NCBI GenBank assembly: GCA_965261085.1 | Contig: OZ253442.1 | Coordinates: 384,001 to 448,000 of the forward strand | Source of the DNA: a bacterium | Lineage (GTDB): Bacteria; UBA8248 | Direction of reading: 5' to 3' | DNA: 64,000 nucleotides | Shown: piece by piece, positions 9,030-19,030 of the stretch | Position numbering within the stretch: the first letter of the stretch is position 1 | Layout: each line of letters begins with the position of its first letter | The notes under the pieces: model-generated | Databases searched by the model: none | Told to the model about the DNA's origin: nothing | Seen by the model: the letters and a program-made list of their open reading frames with translations, nothing else | Made by a program: the position numbers and the translations under genes

Positions 9030-9464
9030 ATGTCCCTCATTAAAATGGCGAAAGAATCCATCGACGTCGGCATCGTGGTGAAAGACCTCGACGTCGCCGA
9101 GAAATTCTACGGCGGCGTGCTGGGACTCCCGATCGTGCGCGAAGTCGAGATTACGGCGGATAAGGCCAAACAGGCCGGCTGCGCGTCGGGCAGATTCGAG
9201 TTCAAGGCGTTTCAGGCCGGCGAGGTGCAACTCAAGGTCGTTCAGGCGGATTCTGACCCGCCCTCCGGCGGCGGAATCGTGGATGCATCGACCGGATTCC
9301 GCTACCTGACGTTCACCGTCGAGAGCGTACAGGAAGCCCACGACGCCCTGGCGGCGGCGGGTGCGAAGATAATGGGCGAAATCACAGAAGTCGTGCCGGG
9401 CCGGTTCATCATCTTTTTCCAGGACCCTGACGGAAACATGCTGGAATGCGTCGGCCCCAGATAA
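9030..9464 (+). CDS. VOC/glyoxalase family protein
   Basis: VGIVVKDL...FYGGVLGL and FFQDPDGNMLE motifs. Confidence 0.9.
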   Translation: MSLIKMAKESIDVGIVVKDLDVAEKFYGGVLGLPIVREVEITADKAKQAGCASGRFEFKAFQAGEVQLKVVQADSDPPSGGGIVDASTGFRYLTFTVESVQEAHDALAAAGAKIMGEITEVVPGRFIIFFQDPDGNMLECVGPR

Positions 9465-9554
9465 GTTTGATGCGAGCGGGCATTCCGCTCACCCTGAAAA
9501 AAGGCGCAGGCGCTTCCCGGAACAAAAGCCCTGCCGTGTAGCGGGAGTATCGAG

Positions 9555-10175
9555 ATGTACGGGTTTCTCCAGGTGTATCTGGTGGAATTCGCCTATGGCG
9601 GGGTATTTCTGATCCTCGTGCTTTGCGGTCTTGGCCTGCCCGTCCCCGAAGACATCCCCATCATCATCTCGGGCTATCTCGTGCATCTGGGCACCATGGA
9701 TTTCTGGCCCGCGCTCACCGTGAATCTGCTGGGCATCATGCTCGGCGACGTGATGATTTACGGCTTCGGCTACTGGATGGGCCCGAAAGCCCTGGAACAT
9801 CGCATCCTTCGCCCCGTCATGACGCCGGACCGGATGGAGAAAGTCCACGACTTGTTCGACCATCACGGCAGGAAGGCCATCTTCTTCGGCCGCTTCGTCG
9901 CGGGTTTGCGCGCGCCGCTGTTTCTCGCGGCGGGAATCACCCGGCTTCCCCTTCGCATATTCTTCGGCATGGACCTGACCGCGGCGCTCCTGAGCGTGCC
10001 GCTGATGCTCGCGGCGGCTTGGTATTTCGGGGATCACATCGACGATTTACGCAGGATGGTGGGAACGGGCAAAGCCATCATCATTCTCGCCCTGGGAGCC
10101 GGAGCCGCCTGGATGACGGCGAAATATCTGTGGCGAAAATGGAGGTCGAAAGACTCCCGGCCCGCCTCATCCTGA
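9555..10175 (+). CDS. DedA family membrane protein
   Basis: GLPVPED, LGD and GRFVAGLR motifs. Confidence 0.92.
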   Translation: MYGFLQVYLVEFAYGGVFLILVLCGLGLPVPEDIPIIISGYLVHLGTMDFWPALTVNLLGIMLGDVMIYGFGYWMGPKALEHRILRPVMTPDRMEKVHDLFDHHGRKAIFFGRFVAGLRAPLFLAAGITRLPLRIFFGMDLTAALLSVPLMLAAAWYFGDHIDDLRRMVGTGKAIIILALGAGAAWMTAKYLWRKWRSKDSRPASS

Positions 10176-11123
10176 GGACCGGGCTACGACCAAGGCCTCC
10201 GGCCCGAAGACGGAGGCCCGGCTGATTTCATGCGCGCCGCGCGGGTCGATTCTGAGCACGTGCATCCGGCACCCGATTCCGTGCGATTGATATACCTCGC
10301 GCATCGCGTTGCCCACCCGGCCGGGGTGGTTCCGGCAAATCGCCAGGATGCAAGGCCCCGCGCCGCTGATGCAAGAACCCAGCGCACCGGCTTCATACGC
10401 CGCCTCGAACACTTCTTCCAGCGGACCCATCAACTCCGCGCGGTAGGGCTGGTGCAGCCTGTCCTGCATGGCGTCTCGGAACAACTCATCACGCCCGGTG
10501 GCGAACGCCGCCATGAGCGCGCCTACTCTTTGGACGTTGAAAATCGCATCGCCCAGAGAAACCTCCCCTGGCAGTTTTTGTCTCGCCGCATGCGTGCTCA
10601 CCTCGAAATCGGGGACGACAATCACCCACCGGTAGTCCTCCACCACGGGCATTCGCGTGTAGATGGTCTTCCCGTCCGTGGTGGTCGCCGAAATACAGAA
10701 ACCCCCGATCAGCGCGGGTACGACGTTATCGGGGTGTCCTTCCATCTCCACGGCGATTTGCACGAGTTCGTCCATGCTCAGCGGGCTGCCGAGCAGGATG
10801 TTCGCCCCCACGATTCCGCCCACGATGGCGGCCGAACTGCTCCCCAACCCCCGCGCCAGAGGTATGTGGTTGCGCTGTTTCATCCATAAGCCGTTGAAAG
10901 GCCGGTTCACGCGGTCGAACACCCGCTTCACCGCCTGCACGCAAACGTTCGATTCATCCTTGGGGATGACGTCGCTGCCCTCTCCTTCGACCTCGAGCGC
11001 AACGCCCCAGGGGAGGCTGTCTAGTTCTATGCGGTTATAAATCCTGAGCGCGACGCCCAGGGCGTCGAACCCCGGACCGAGATTCGTCGTACTCGCCGGA
11101 ACTTGTACGCGCACCAAAGCCAA
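10167..11123 (-). CDS. thrB: Homoserine kinase
   Basis: VPASTTNLGPGFD, PLARGLGSSS, EGHPDN and SGAGP motifs; TTG start with GAGGAG RBS. Confidence 0.95.
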   Translation of the reverse strand: MALVRVQVPASTTNLGPGFDALGVALRIYNRIELDSLPWGVALEVEGEGSDVIPKDESNVCVQAVKRVFDRVNRPFNGLWMKQRNHIPLARGLGSSSAAIVGGIVGANILLGSPLSMDELVQIAVEMEGHPDNVVPALIGGFCISATTTDGKTIYTRMPVVEDYRWVIVVPDFEVSTHAARQKLPGEVSLGDAIFNVQRVGALMAAFATGRDELFRDAMQDRLHQPYRAELMGPLEEVFEAAYEAGALGSCISGAGPCILAICRNHPGRVGNAMREVYQSHGIGCRMHVLRIDPRGAHEISRASVFGPEALVVARSSG

Positions 11124-11143
11124 GACAATCTCCTCGAAACACC

Positions 11144-11725
11144 TTAAGCCGAACGAATATCCGACGAGAGAGCGAAGGAGCAACCCGCCGCCCTCATCTC
11201 CTCGATGGCGTTTTCACCGTCTCGGGGTTCGACGTTCACCGCGCGGATGGCGTCCGCCACCAAGACGACTTCGAACCCCTCGCGCCTGGCGTCGAGCGCC
11301 GTGGCCTTCACGCAATAATCCGTCGCCAGTCCGCAAACGAAAAGACGCCCGATTCCTTTTACTCTCAAATCATCGGCCAACGAGGCGCCGTCAAACCCCG
11401 AATACGCCTCGGCGCCCCGGGTCGTGGCCTTGGATACCACCATCTCCACTTCCCCCGCGTTCATGCGCGAATGAAAAGCGGCGCCCGGCGTATCGGCCAC
11501 GCAGTGAACGGGCCAGATTCCGCCCTGCGCCTGAAACGACATATGGTCGGCGGGGTGCCAGTCGCGCGTCGCCACCTTCATCCAGCGCGGGATACCCAGA
11601 AGCCCGTTCACCGGCGAGACGATCTCGTCCCCCTCGGCGACGGCGAGCGCGCCGCCCGGACAAAAATCCACTTGCAGATCGACGACGACGAGGCCGTCTT
11701 CCGCACCCGGTGAGTATACAGCCAT
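11144..11725 (-). CDS. pncA: Nicotinamidase/pyrazinamidase
   Basis: VVDLQVDFCPGG, DWHP, WPVHCV and GLATDYCV motifs. Confidence 0.93.
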   Translation of the reverse strand: MAVYSPGAEDGLVVVDLQVDFCPGGALAVAEGDEIVSPVNGLLGIPRWMKVATRDWHPADHMSFQAQGGIWPVHCVADTPGAAFHSRMNAGEVEMVVSKATTRGAEAYSGFDGASLADDLRVKGIGRLFVCGLATDYCVKATALDARREGFEVVLVADAIRAVNVEPRDGENAIEEMRAAGCSFALSSDIRSA

Positions 11726-11729
11726 CGTC

Positions 11730-12533
11730 CTATTTCTCCTCTCTCAGCCTCAGGCGCCACAATTTTCCGTCCGCCCGGCGTATGGAAACACTCATACCCT
11801 GCGGATGCGCCAGAAAAATATTTTCGAAAAAATCCACCGTCTGAATCTCTTTTCCCTCCACCTCGAATATGACGTCACCCCGACGAAGACCCGCGCGCGC
11901 CGCCGGAGCACCTCCCCGCACCTGAGACACCAACAGACCGATCGTCCCGCCATCCCCGAAAAAGCGCGCCAACGCCGGCGTGAGCTTCTGGAGAACGAGA
12001 CCCAGCTTTTCGGGGTGCGTGTGCTCGCGCTTCATCCGGAAACCGTGTTCCATAATGACGTGCTTCACGTATATCGGCGATTTCATCCGCAAGGCCAGCG
12101 CGATGGCGTCCGAGGGGCGGCTGTCGATGGAAAAACGCCGGCTTCCCGCTTTCATATCGATAAAGGCGAAATACGTGCCTCCCTTGACCTCCGTGATGAC
12201 CACCCGGAGAACTTCCGCCTTGAGGGTTTTCAGAATGTTGCGCATCAAGTCGTGCGTCATCGGCCGGTGCGGCACGGCCTTCTCGAGTTCCATGTGAATC
12301 GCCCGCGCCTCCGCCGGGCCAATCCAGATGGGCAACAACTTACCTTCCCTTTTCTCTTCTAAGAGTACGACGGTCTCGTCACTTCTCCGATCGACCAGAA
12401 TATCCTTCACCTGAACCCGGCGAAGCCCGGAGAGCGCCGCATGCGCGTTCACCAAATGCGCATGCGCGCCGAAAACGACGGCGACGAGAAGAAGAAGACA
12501 GAAAGATGATTTTTCAAGCCGCTTAAGCTGCAT
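11730..12533 (-). CDS. DUF151/BFN bifunctional-nuclease domain protein with signal-like N-terminus and C-terminal PDZ domain
   Basis: LPIWIGPAEA, RPMTHDL and DSRPSDAIALA motifs; PDZ motif GLLVSQV..GAPAARAGLRRGDVI. Confidence 0.85.
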   Translation of the reverse strand: MQLKRLEKSSFCLLLLVAVVFGAHAHLVNAHAALSGLRRVQVKDILVDRRSDETVVLLEEKREGKLLPIWIGPAEARAIHMELEKAVPHRPMTHDLMRNILKTLKAEVLRVVITEVKGGTYFAFIDMKAGSRRFSIDSRPSDAIALALRMKSPIYVKHVIMEHGFRMKREHTHPEKLGLVLQKLTPALARFFGDGGTIGLLVSQVRGGAPAARAGLRRGDVIFEVEGKEIQTVDFFENIFLAHPQGMSVSIRRADGKLWRLRLREEK

Positions 12534-12584
12534 GGCCTCGATTCCTGATCATTTCGCCCGCGTTCGAGAAGCCGATGGAGCACC

Positions 12585-13037
12585 TCAGCGCGCAGGCTCC
12601 GACGAGACCCGGAAGACGCATTCGGGAATCGGCATGTCCACCCGCTGCTGACCCGGTTTTTCCTCCACCTTGGTCTCGTAGATTCCGTCGCAATCGACGT
12701 CGAGAAGCGTGATGTCGTATGGATACTTGTTGTCCACGTCGATGTTGATCGCGAAAATACGTTTGTTGATGGTGAGCGTTTCGAACTGGAATTCCCACTC
12801 ATCGAGATACTGCTTGATCAGGGTCTCCTCTCCGGGAATGCGTCTACTGAGATCGCGCCGGATCCATCCGAGAAAACGAGAGCGGCTGAGTTCGGGCGTA
12901 TCGAAACCCTCCGGCCTTTTCTCGACGGGGCTATCCCCCGGATTCGCCGGCGCCGCGAATACGCTTCCGGATCCCAGAAGCGTCATCACCAAGAATACAA
13001 GAACACAGATTCGCCCGAAACGCATATTCACTGACAT
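12585..13037 (-). CDS. Exported hypothetical protein
   Basis: Signal peptide ending SVFA; DVDCDG motif; start position uncertain. Confidence 0.6.
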   Translation of the reverse strand: MSVNMRFGRICVLVFLVMTLLGSGSVFAAPANPGDSPVEKRPEGFDTPELSRSRFLGWIRRDLSRRIPGEETLIKQYLDEWEFQFETLTINKRIFAINIDVDNKYPYDITLLDVDCDGIYETKVEEKPGQQRVDMPIPECVFRVSSEPAR

Positions 13038-13180
13038 CACCCCCGGCATCGACGTGAAACCCGGCGGATCGTCGGGTTCGCAACACTTCCACTCCATGAA
13101 GATTAGCATTCGCCGCGCACCGCCTCAAGAGAAGCACCTCCGCCCCAAAAGCGCAAAAAACACGATTCGCCCGATGCGCT

Positions 13181-13208
13181 TTGACATTTTCGGGAAGCGG
13201 ATTATTCT
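13181..13208 (+). promoter_or_regulatory. Putative sigma70 promoter of the cupin-PrpD operon
   Basis: TTGACA-N16-TATTCT. Confidence 0.5.
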
Positions 13209-13302
13209 TCGCATATCGGCGAATTCTCATCCCGGCTTAAGGGGCGCATGAAGCGCGCGCGCCGAAAACGACCATCACGGAAACTCCCGAGGAGAAGCTC
13301 AC

Positions 13303-13656
13303 ATGACGACGAGAGAAAGAAAAGCCCGGCTCATCCGGCCCGAAGATCGTGAATCCGAAGGCATGGCGGGCGGCGCGAGCCACAAGTCCATCGTATCGAA
13401 AGGGGGCGACGGAACGGACCTCACCGTCTACTACTCGCTGATTCAGCCGGGACAAACGCACGACTGGCATCACCACGAGGAGGATGAGGTCATATTCTGC
13501 GTGAGCGGGACGGGGAGATACGACCTCGATGACGGCGAGATCAACTACGGCCCCGGGCAATTCATCTTCATGCCCAAGGGCACGCGCCACTGCAACAACT
13601 GCGTGAGCGAGGAAGACGTGAGGCTGGTGGCCATCTTCCAGCCGGGCCGCGAATAA
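13303..13656 (+). CDS. Cupin domain protein
   Basis: WHHHEEDE..F..SG and MPKGTRH motifs. Confidence 0.9.
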   Translation: MTTRERKARLIRPEDRESEGMAGGASHKSIVSKGGDGTDLTVYYSLIQPGQTHDWHHHEEDEVIFCVSGTGRYDLDDGEINYGPGQFIFMPKGTRHCNNCVSEEDVRLVAIFQPGRE

Positions 13657-13707
13657 AGGCGCGCCCGCGCACGGACCGGGAAAACAAAGAGGAGCCTGGA
13701 GACGCAG

Positions 13708-15105
13708 ATGGACCCCATGCAGAGAATCATCGCGCATTACGCGAATCTTGAGTTCGAGGATCTGCCCGCAGAGGCCGTCCACGCCACCAGAAACCTCATC
13801 GTCGATTCCCTCGCCTGCGCCATGGCCGGCTCGGCCGCGCCCTTAAACCCCGAGATCATCGAGCGCCACATCCGCTGGGGCGGCGCGCCCGAGGCCACGG
13901 TACTGGTCTTCGGGCGCCGGCTGCCTGCGCCGACGGCGGCCTGGCTGAACGCCGCCATGATTCACTCGAACGATTTCGACGACACCGAAGACACCACCCA
14001 GAACCATATCTTCGTCACGATTCTTCCCGCCCTTCTCGCCGCGGGCGAGAGTTGCGAACGGGCGATGCCGGGCCGGGAAGTCATCGCGGCACTGGCGGGC
14101 GCAGCGGACGTGACTTTACGGCTGAACGCCGTCGTGCACCAAAGCATTCATCCGGGCTGGCTGCCCACCACGGTGTTCGGCGCCGTCTCGGCCTCGATGG
14201 CCGCCGCCCGGGTTCTGGGACTGGGTGAAGACGGCATCGCCAATGCGGCGGGCTTCGGCTATGCGCAATCACACGGGAACCGGCAGGCGCTGCTCGACGG
14301 TTCCGTCGCCAAACGCTTACAACCCGCCTTCAGCGCGCGCGCAGGCGTGCATTCAGCCGTTTTGGCGCAAACCGGCGCCACCGGCCCCAGGCGCATCGTC
14401 GAGGGGGCGGACGGCGTCATCGAACTTTTCGGCGGCGGCCAGGGCGACCCGGGCGCGCTCACCGAAAAGCTGGGTGAGAAATTCCACGTCACCCGTATCG
14501 GCATGAAGCCCTACCCGAGTTGCCGGGTTTCCCATCCCCACATCAGCGCCGCCCTGGAGGCGCGTGAGCGGCTCGGCCATTTTGAGGCAAGCGACGTAGA
14601 AAGCGTCGAGGTATGGGCCACGCCGATCGGCCACTCGATGATAGGACAACCCTTTCAAATAAGAGAAAACCCCCAGGTGGATGCGCAATTCAGCGCGCAG
14701 TGGACGACGGCTTTTTCTCTGCTCAAAGGCGTTCCGCGAATCGCGCACTTCGATCCGGACGCCATCGTCTCGGGAGCGGAGGTAATCGAACTCGCGCAGA
14801 AAACCAGGGTCCGCATCTGGGAGGAGGAGAGCCTGCTGCTCGTGCCCGTGCGCATCCGCGTCAAGCTGAAAGACGGGAGAAAGGCCGACGTCACGCACGA
14901 TAAAATCAAGGGTTCTCCCGAATGGGCCATGAGCGAAAAAGAGAGAAAGGAGAAATTCTTCTCCTGCGCCGAGGCCGCAGCAAGGAGGCTCGAGCCCGAA
15001 CTCCTGGAGCGCGCCTTCGAGGAACTCTCGGCCCTCGAGGATTGCGCTGATATCCGGCCGATTCTCGCCGGACTCACCCCTGCGAAAAACCCGGCCCTCG
15101 CATAG
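13708..15105 (+). CDS. MmgE/PrpD family protein
   Basis: HSNDFDDT, KPYPSCR and AQFS motifs. Confidence 0.92.
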   Translation: MDPMQRIIAHYANLEFEDLPAEAVHATRNLIVDSLACAMAGSAAPLNPEIIERHIRWGGAPEATVLVFGRRLPAPTAAWLNAAMIHSNDFDDTEDTTQNHIFVTILPALLAAGESCERAMPGREVIAALAGAADVTLRLNAVVHQSIHPGWLPTTVFGAVSASMAAARVLGLGEDGIANAAGFGYAQSHGNRQALLDGSVAKRLQPAFSARAGVHSAVLAQTGATGPRRIVEGADGVIELFGGGQGDPGALTEKLGEKFHVTRIGMKPYPSCRVSHPHISAALEARERLGHFEASDVESVEVWATPIGHSMIGQPFQIRENPQVDAQFSAQWTTAFSLLKGVPRIAHFDPDAIVSGAEVIELAQKTRVRIWEEESLLLVPVRIRVKLKDGRKADVTHDKIKGSPEWAMSEKERKEKFFSCAEAAARRLEPELLERAFEELSALEDCADIRPILAGLTPAKNPALA

Positions 15106-15140
15106 AATTTCGCCGCAGACGCCTCTATAATTCCCTACCC

Positions 15141-16724
15141 ATGAGCCGAGAGAACGAGCAAGCCATACATCCGGGCGCCAACATCGCCTGGGCGAGGAGG
15201 AGATACGGTCCGCGCGAGGCGGTGGTGGACGGCGGGCGCCGCTTAAGTTTCTCGGACGTGTATGACCGCAGCAAGCGAGCGGTGAATGCGCTCATCGCGA
15301 ACGGCCTCGAACCCGGCGATCGCGTCGCCAAGCTCATGCGAAACCGCGCCGAGATCATCGAGATCAATTTCGGCGTCGCGATGGCGGGCGGCGCCTCCTT
15401 GAACCTGCACGGAAGAAACGTTCTCAAAGAACACGTCCACATGCTGAACGATTCGGAATCCACGTTCCTTCTCCTGGATGAACATCACAAGGAATACGCC
15501 GAAGGCATCAGGAACGAATGCCCGCATCTGCGCCGCATCATCGCCGTGGGGTGGGAGGGCGCGGGCGTGATCGCGTATGAGGACTGGCTACAGAAAAGCT
15601 CCTCAGCGGAGCCCGGTGTCGTTCTCGGGCCGGATTCCCTCTTTCACCTTCATTACACCTCGGGCACGACCGGAGTGCCCAAGGCGGTCGTCAATACGCA
15701 CCGGACGCACGTCGCGTGGCTGGCGAAGTTTTTCAGAAACCTCGACTACCGGATGGGCGCGCGCGACTCCATGCTCCACGCGGGTCCCATGACGCACGCG
15801 TCGTTCAACTTCATCGAGACCACGTTCCTCCGCGGGGCGCGAAACATCATCATGCCCGCGTTCGAGCCGGAACTGTTCCTCGAGATGACGCAAAAAGAGG
15901 GGGCCACGACCACCTACCTCGTCTCCACGATGGTGCAGCGGCTCATCGAATGCGGAAAACTCGAAAGTGCTAACCTCTCGAGCCTGCACACGATCACCTA
16001 CGGGGCCGCACCCATCTCGGAGGAAAACCTGAAACACGCCATCGAACAGGTCGGCCCCATCTTCCGGCAAACCTACGGGCTGACCGAAGCGCGCCAGCCA
16101 ATCGCGATCTTGGACCCGTGGGATCACGTGGTGGACGGAACACCCGGGGAGCGTGCGCGCCTCGCCTCGTGCGGAAGGGTGGCGGCAGGGGTCGAACTCG
16201 AACTCTTAGGCGATGACGATCTGCCCGTCGCCACCGGCGAGATGGGAGAAATCTGCGTCCGGGGGGACTACGCCATGGCGCGCTACTGGAAAAACCCCGA
16301 AGCGACGGCGGAGACCATGCGAAACGGCTGGGTGCACACAGGAGACCTGGCCGTCTCGGATGAGGAGGGATATCTCTACATCGTCGACCGCAAGAAGGAG
16401 ATGATCATCACGGGCGGGTTCAACGTCTATCCCTCGGAAGTGGAGCGCGCCCTGTGCCGCCACCCCGCCGTCCTGGAAGCGCTGGTGATAGGCGTGCCCG
16501 ACGAGAGGTGGGGCGAGGCCGTCAAGGCCATGGTCGTGCTGCGTCCCGGGGAATCGCCTGCGCCCGCAGACCTCATCGAATTCACACAAGGAGAGGTCGC
16601 CGGCTTCAAGAAACCCAGGCACATCGAGTTTTTGAGCGAAATTCCAAAAAACGCGCAGGGAAAAGTCTTACGACGCGAAATTCGGGAAAAACACTGGGCC
16701 GGGAGAGCGCGAAGGGTGAACTGA
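15141..16724 (+). CDS. Acyl-CoA synthetase (AMP-binding)
   Basis: YTSGTTGVPK, YGLTE, HTGD and GKVLRR motifs. Confidence 0.93.
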   Translation: MSRENEQAIHPGANIAWARRRYGPREAVVDGGRRLSFSDVYDRSKRAVNALIANGLEPGDRVAKLMRNRAEIIEINFGVAMAGGASLNLHGRNVLKEHVHMLNDSESTFLLLDEHHKEYAEGIRNECPHLRRIIAVGWEGAGVIAYEDWLQKSSSAEPGVVLGPDSLFHLHYTSGTTGVPKAVVNTHRTHVAWLAKFFRNLDYRMGARDSMLHAGPMTHASFNFIETTFLRGARNIIMPAFEPELFLEMTQKEGATTTYLVSTMVQRLIECGKLESANLSSLHTITYGAAPISEENLKHAIEQVGPIFRQTYGLTEARQPIAILDPWDHVVDGTPGERARLASCGRVAAGVELELLGDDDLPVATGEMGEICVRGDYAMARYWKNPEATAETMRNGWVHTGDLAVSDEEGYLYIVDRKKEMIITGGFNVYPSEVERALCRHPAVLEALVIGVPDERWGEAVKAMVVLRPGESPAPADLIEFTQGEVAGFKKPRHIEFLSEIPKNAQGKVLRREIREKHWAGRARRVN

Positions 16725-16786
16725 GAAACCCCCGCTTTCATCGTCGATTCATCACAACGAGCATTTTTTCAACAGGAGAGACGCCA

Positions 16787-17569
16787 ATGGACCTGACGCA
16801 AGAGTTCGGACTTAAAACCGTGAAATACCGCAAGGAAAACCGCATCGCCTACGTCACCCTGAACCGCCCCGACAAACTCAATCCCCTGAGCTTCGCCACG
16901 GTGATGGAGCTTCTCCGGTGCTGGGAGGACGTGAACGACGACAAGGAGGTGTGGGTGGCGATACTTGCGGGCGAGGGGAAGTCCTTTTGCTCGGGGTGGG
17001 ATCAGAACCTGGAAGAAGATGAACTCAAGATAGGCGCCGTCCGCCCCAAGGGGATCCTCTACTGCGACCTGGACTGGGTGAAGAAACCCATCATCTGCGC
17101 GGCTCAGGGCTACGCCATCGGCGGCGGCATGAGCCTGCTCCTCGGCGCGGACATTCGCGTGGTCTCCGAAGACGCCAAGATCGGCTATTCCCAGCCCAAG
17201 ATCGGCATCATCAGCATCGGCGGAGCCATGCGCCTTCCCGAGGCGATTCCCGGCCTCGCCAGATGGTACATGTTCTCGGGCGAACTCATCGACGCGCAGG
17301 AGGCGTACCGCCTGGGCCTCGTGGTGAAGATCGCCAAAAACGGGGAACTCTTAGACACCGCGACCGCCATGGCGAACCAGATCATCGAGTGCTCACCCAT
17401 GTCGGTGCAATACACCAAGGAAGAGATCGCCGTGGCCGCCAACGTGTCGATGTACGAGGGCTATCGCCTGTGCCGGCCCATCATGAACCGCTTCTACCAG
17501 ACCGAAGACTACCGCGAGGGCAAGAACGCGTTCCTGGGAAAACGAAAGCCCGAGTGGAAGAACTGCTGA
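16787..17569 (+). CDS. Crotonase-superfamily (enoyl-CoA hydratase-like) protein
   Basis: TLNRPDKLN, FCSGWD, GYAIGGG and KRKPEW motifs; AGGAG RBS before ATG 16787. Confidence 0.9.
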   Translation: MDLTQEFGLKTVKYRKENRIAYVTLNRPDKLNPLSFATVMELLRCWEDVNDDKEVWVAILAGEGKSFCSGWDQNLEEDELKIGAVRPKGILYCDLDWVKKPIICAAQGYAIGGGMSLLLGADIRVVSEDAKIGYSQPKIGIISIGGAMRLPEAIPGLARWYMFSGELIDAQEAYRLGLVVKIAKNGELLDTATAMANQIIECSPMSVQYTKEEIAVAANVSMYEGYRLCRPIMNRFYQTEDYREGKNAFLGKRKPEWKNC

Positions 17570-17679
17570 GCCGATAGCAAAGATAAACGGGAGAAGGCGG
17601 GCGTTTGCCTCCCGGGGTTGCGGGACGGCCCGGTATGAAGGATAAGCCTTAATCGGCCATCCCGATCCCAGGAGCGCGC

Positions 17680-18873
17680 ATGGATTTTTCTACGGGCAAG
17701 GATGAGGCCGGCATCCGGCAAGGCTGGCCGATCATCCTCGCGTGTTTTTTCACCATATTCACCGCCTACACCACAGCCTTCATCCTGGGGCCCATGCTCG
17801 AAGTCATGGGCCGCGACCTGGGCCTCTCCCTCACGGCCATGGGGCAGTTGGCGGCCATCACCTTCATCCCCTGGGGGGTGGGCGCGCCCCTGCTGGCGCC
17901 GTTTTCTGATCGCTACGGCCGAAAGCACGTCATCCTCGTCGGGGTCGTGGGCCTGTCGCTGTCCAGCATCGCCACATCGTTCGTGGATGGGTACCTCGCG
18001 GTGGCGGTCTTGCGCTGCATCGCGGGCTTAAGCGGCGCCCTGGTGCCACCCACGGCGGTGGCGGCTATCGGGGACAACTTCACGGGCCGAGCGCGCGGCC
18101 TGGCCATCGGGTTCGCAACGGCGGGCGTGGCCATGGGCCTGCTCGTCGGAATCCCGGGCGTGGCTTTTCTGACGGATCACCTGGGCTGGCGCAACGCTCT
18201 TTGGATTACGGGCCTCTTCGGCCTGACTCTTTCCCTGTACACGCTCCGCTCGCTGCCCAGCGGGAGGCGGACCGACGCGCCGTCTTCCTATCTGGCCAGC
18301 TTCGCGTGGATGCGCCAGGGCGCCACATGGCTCCTGATGAGCGGCAACGTCGTCGAGCGGCTCATGACCTCCACCTTTCTGATCTATGTCTCCGTTTTTC
18401 TGATGCGCACCTTCGATGTTTCTCTCTCCACCGCGGGGAGCCTGCTCACGGCGATGTCCGTGGGCGCGCTCATCGGCGGCCTCCTGGGTGGCACGCTCGC
18501 GGGCGTGCGGCGGCGCTTCCTCATCATCACCGCTTTGGTTCTACTCCAGGGAGAGCTTCTGGCGTTTCACTTCTCGGGGCTGGGTTTTCTGGGCTTCACG
18601 ATTGCGGCGGGCTTTCTCTTCTCGTTCTTCAGCCATCTCAGCAGGCCCGCCGTGATGGATGACCTCATATCGATCGCCCCGCAGGCGCGCGGCGCCATCA
18701 TCGGCTTCTATTCGACGAGCAACCAGGCCGGTCTCTTCCTGGGAGCCTCCCTGGGCGGGTTCGCCATACAGTGGGGCGGCTTCGAGGCGCTCGGCTGGCT
18801 CGTCCTGGGTGCGGCGATCCTGGGCGGGGGGTTCTACGGAGCGAGCGCGTGGGTGCTGAGACGAAAAGGCTAG
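17680..18873 (+). CDS. MFS transporter
   Basis: About 12 hydrophobic segments; SDRYGRK motif A. Confidence 0.9.
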   Translation: MDFSTGKDEAGIRQGWPIILACFFTIFTAYTTAFILGPMLEVMGRDLGLSLTAMGQLAAITFIPWGVGAPLLAPFSDRYGRKHVILVGVVGLSLSSIATSFVDGYLAVAVLRCIAGLSGALVPPTAVAAIGDNFTGRARGLAIGFATAGVAMGLLVGIPGVAFLTDHLGWRNALWITGLFGLTLSLYTLRSLPSGRRTDAPSSYLASFAWMRQGATWLLMSGNVVERLMTSTFLIYVSVFLMRTFDVSLSTAGSLLTAMSVGALIGGLLGGTLAGVRRRFLIITALVLLQGELLAFHFSGLGFLGFTIAAGFLFSFFSHLSRPAVMDDLISIAPQARGAIIGFYSTSNQAGLFLGASLGGFAIQWGGFEALGWLVLGAAILGGGFYGASAWVLRRKG

Positions 18874-18907
18874 GCTTCCGACACTTGCAGCCCTTAGTCC
18901 TCCAATA

Positions 18908-19008
18908 TATACGATATTGCGTATATATCTCATTTATACTTTATTGGGTATAAAAATATATTATACCCATAAGCGTATATTGACATATTATACGATTTAG
19001 CGTATATT
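18908..19008 (+). promoter_or_regulatory. hipBA promoter with four TATAC-N8-GTATA operators
   Basis: Operators start at 18908, 18935, 18962 and 18989. TTGACA at 18980, then a 17-bp spacer and TATATT. Confidence 0.85.
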
Positions 19009-19030
19009 ATCTTTCTAGGAGGAACAGACG

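Noticed and set aside
18908-19006. Periodic repeat as a mini-CRISPR array
   Set aside because: The units are 5-bp half-sites at a 27-bp period over a promoter. This fits HipB operators, and no cas genes are present.
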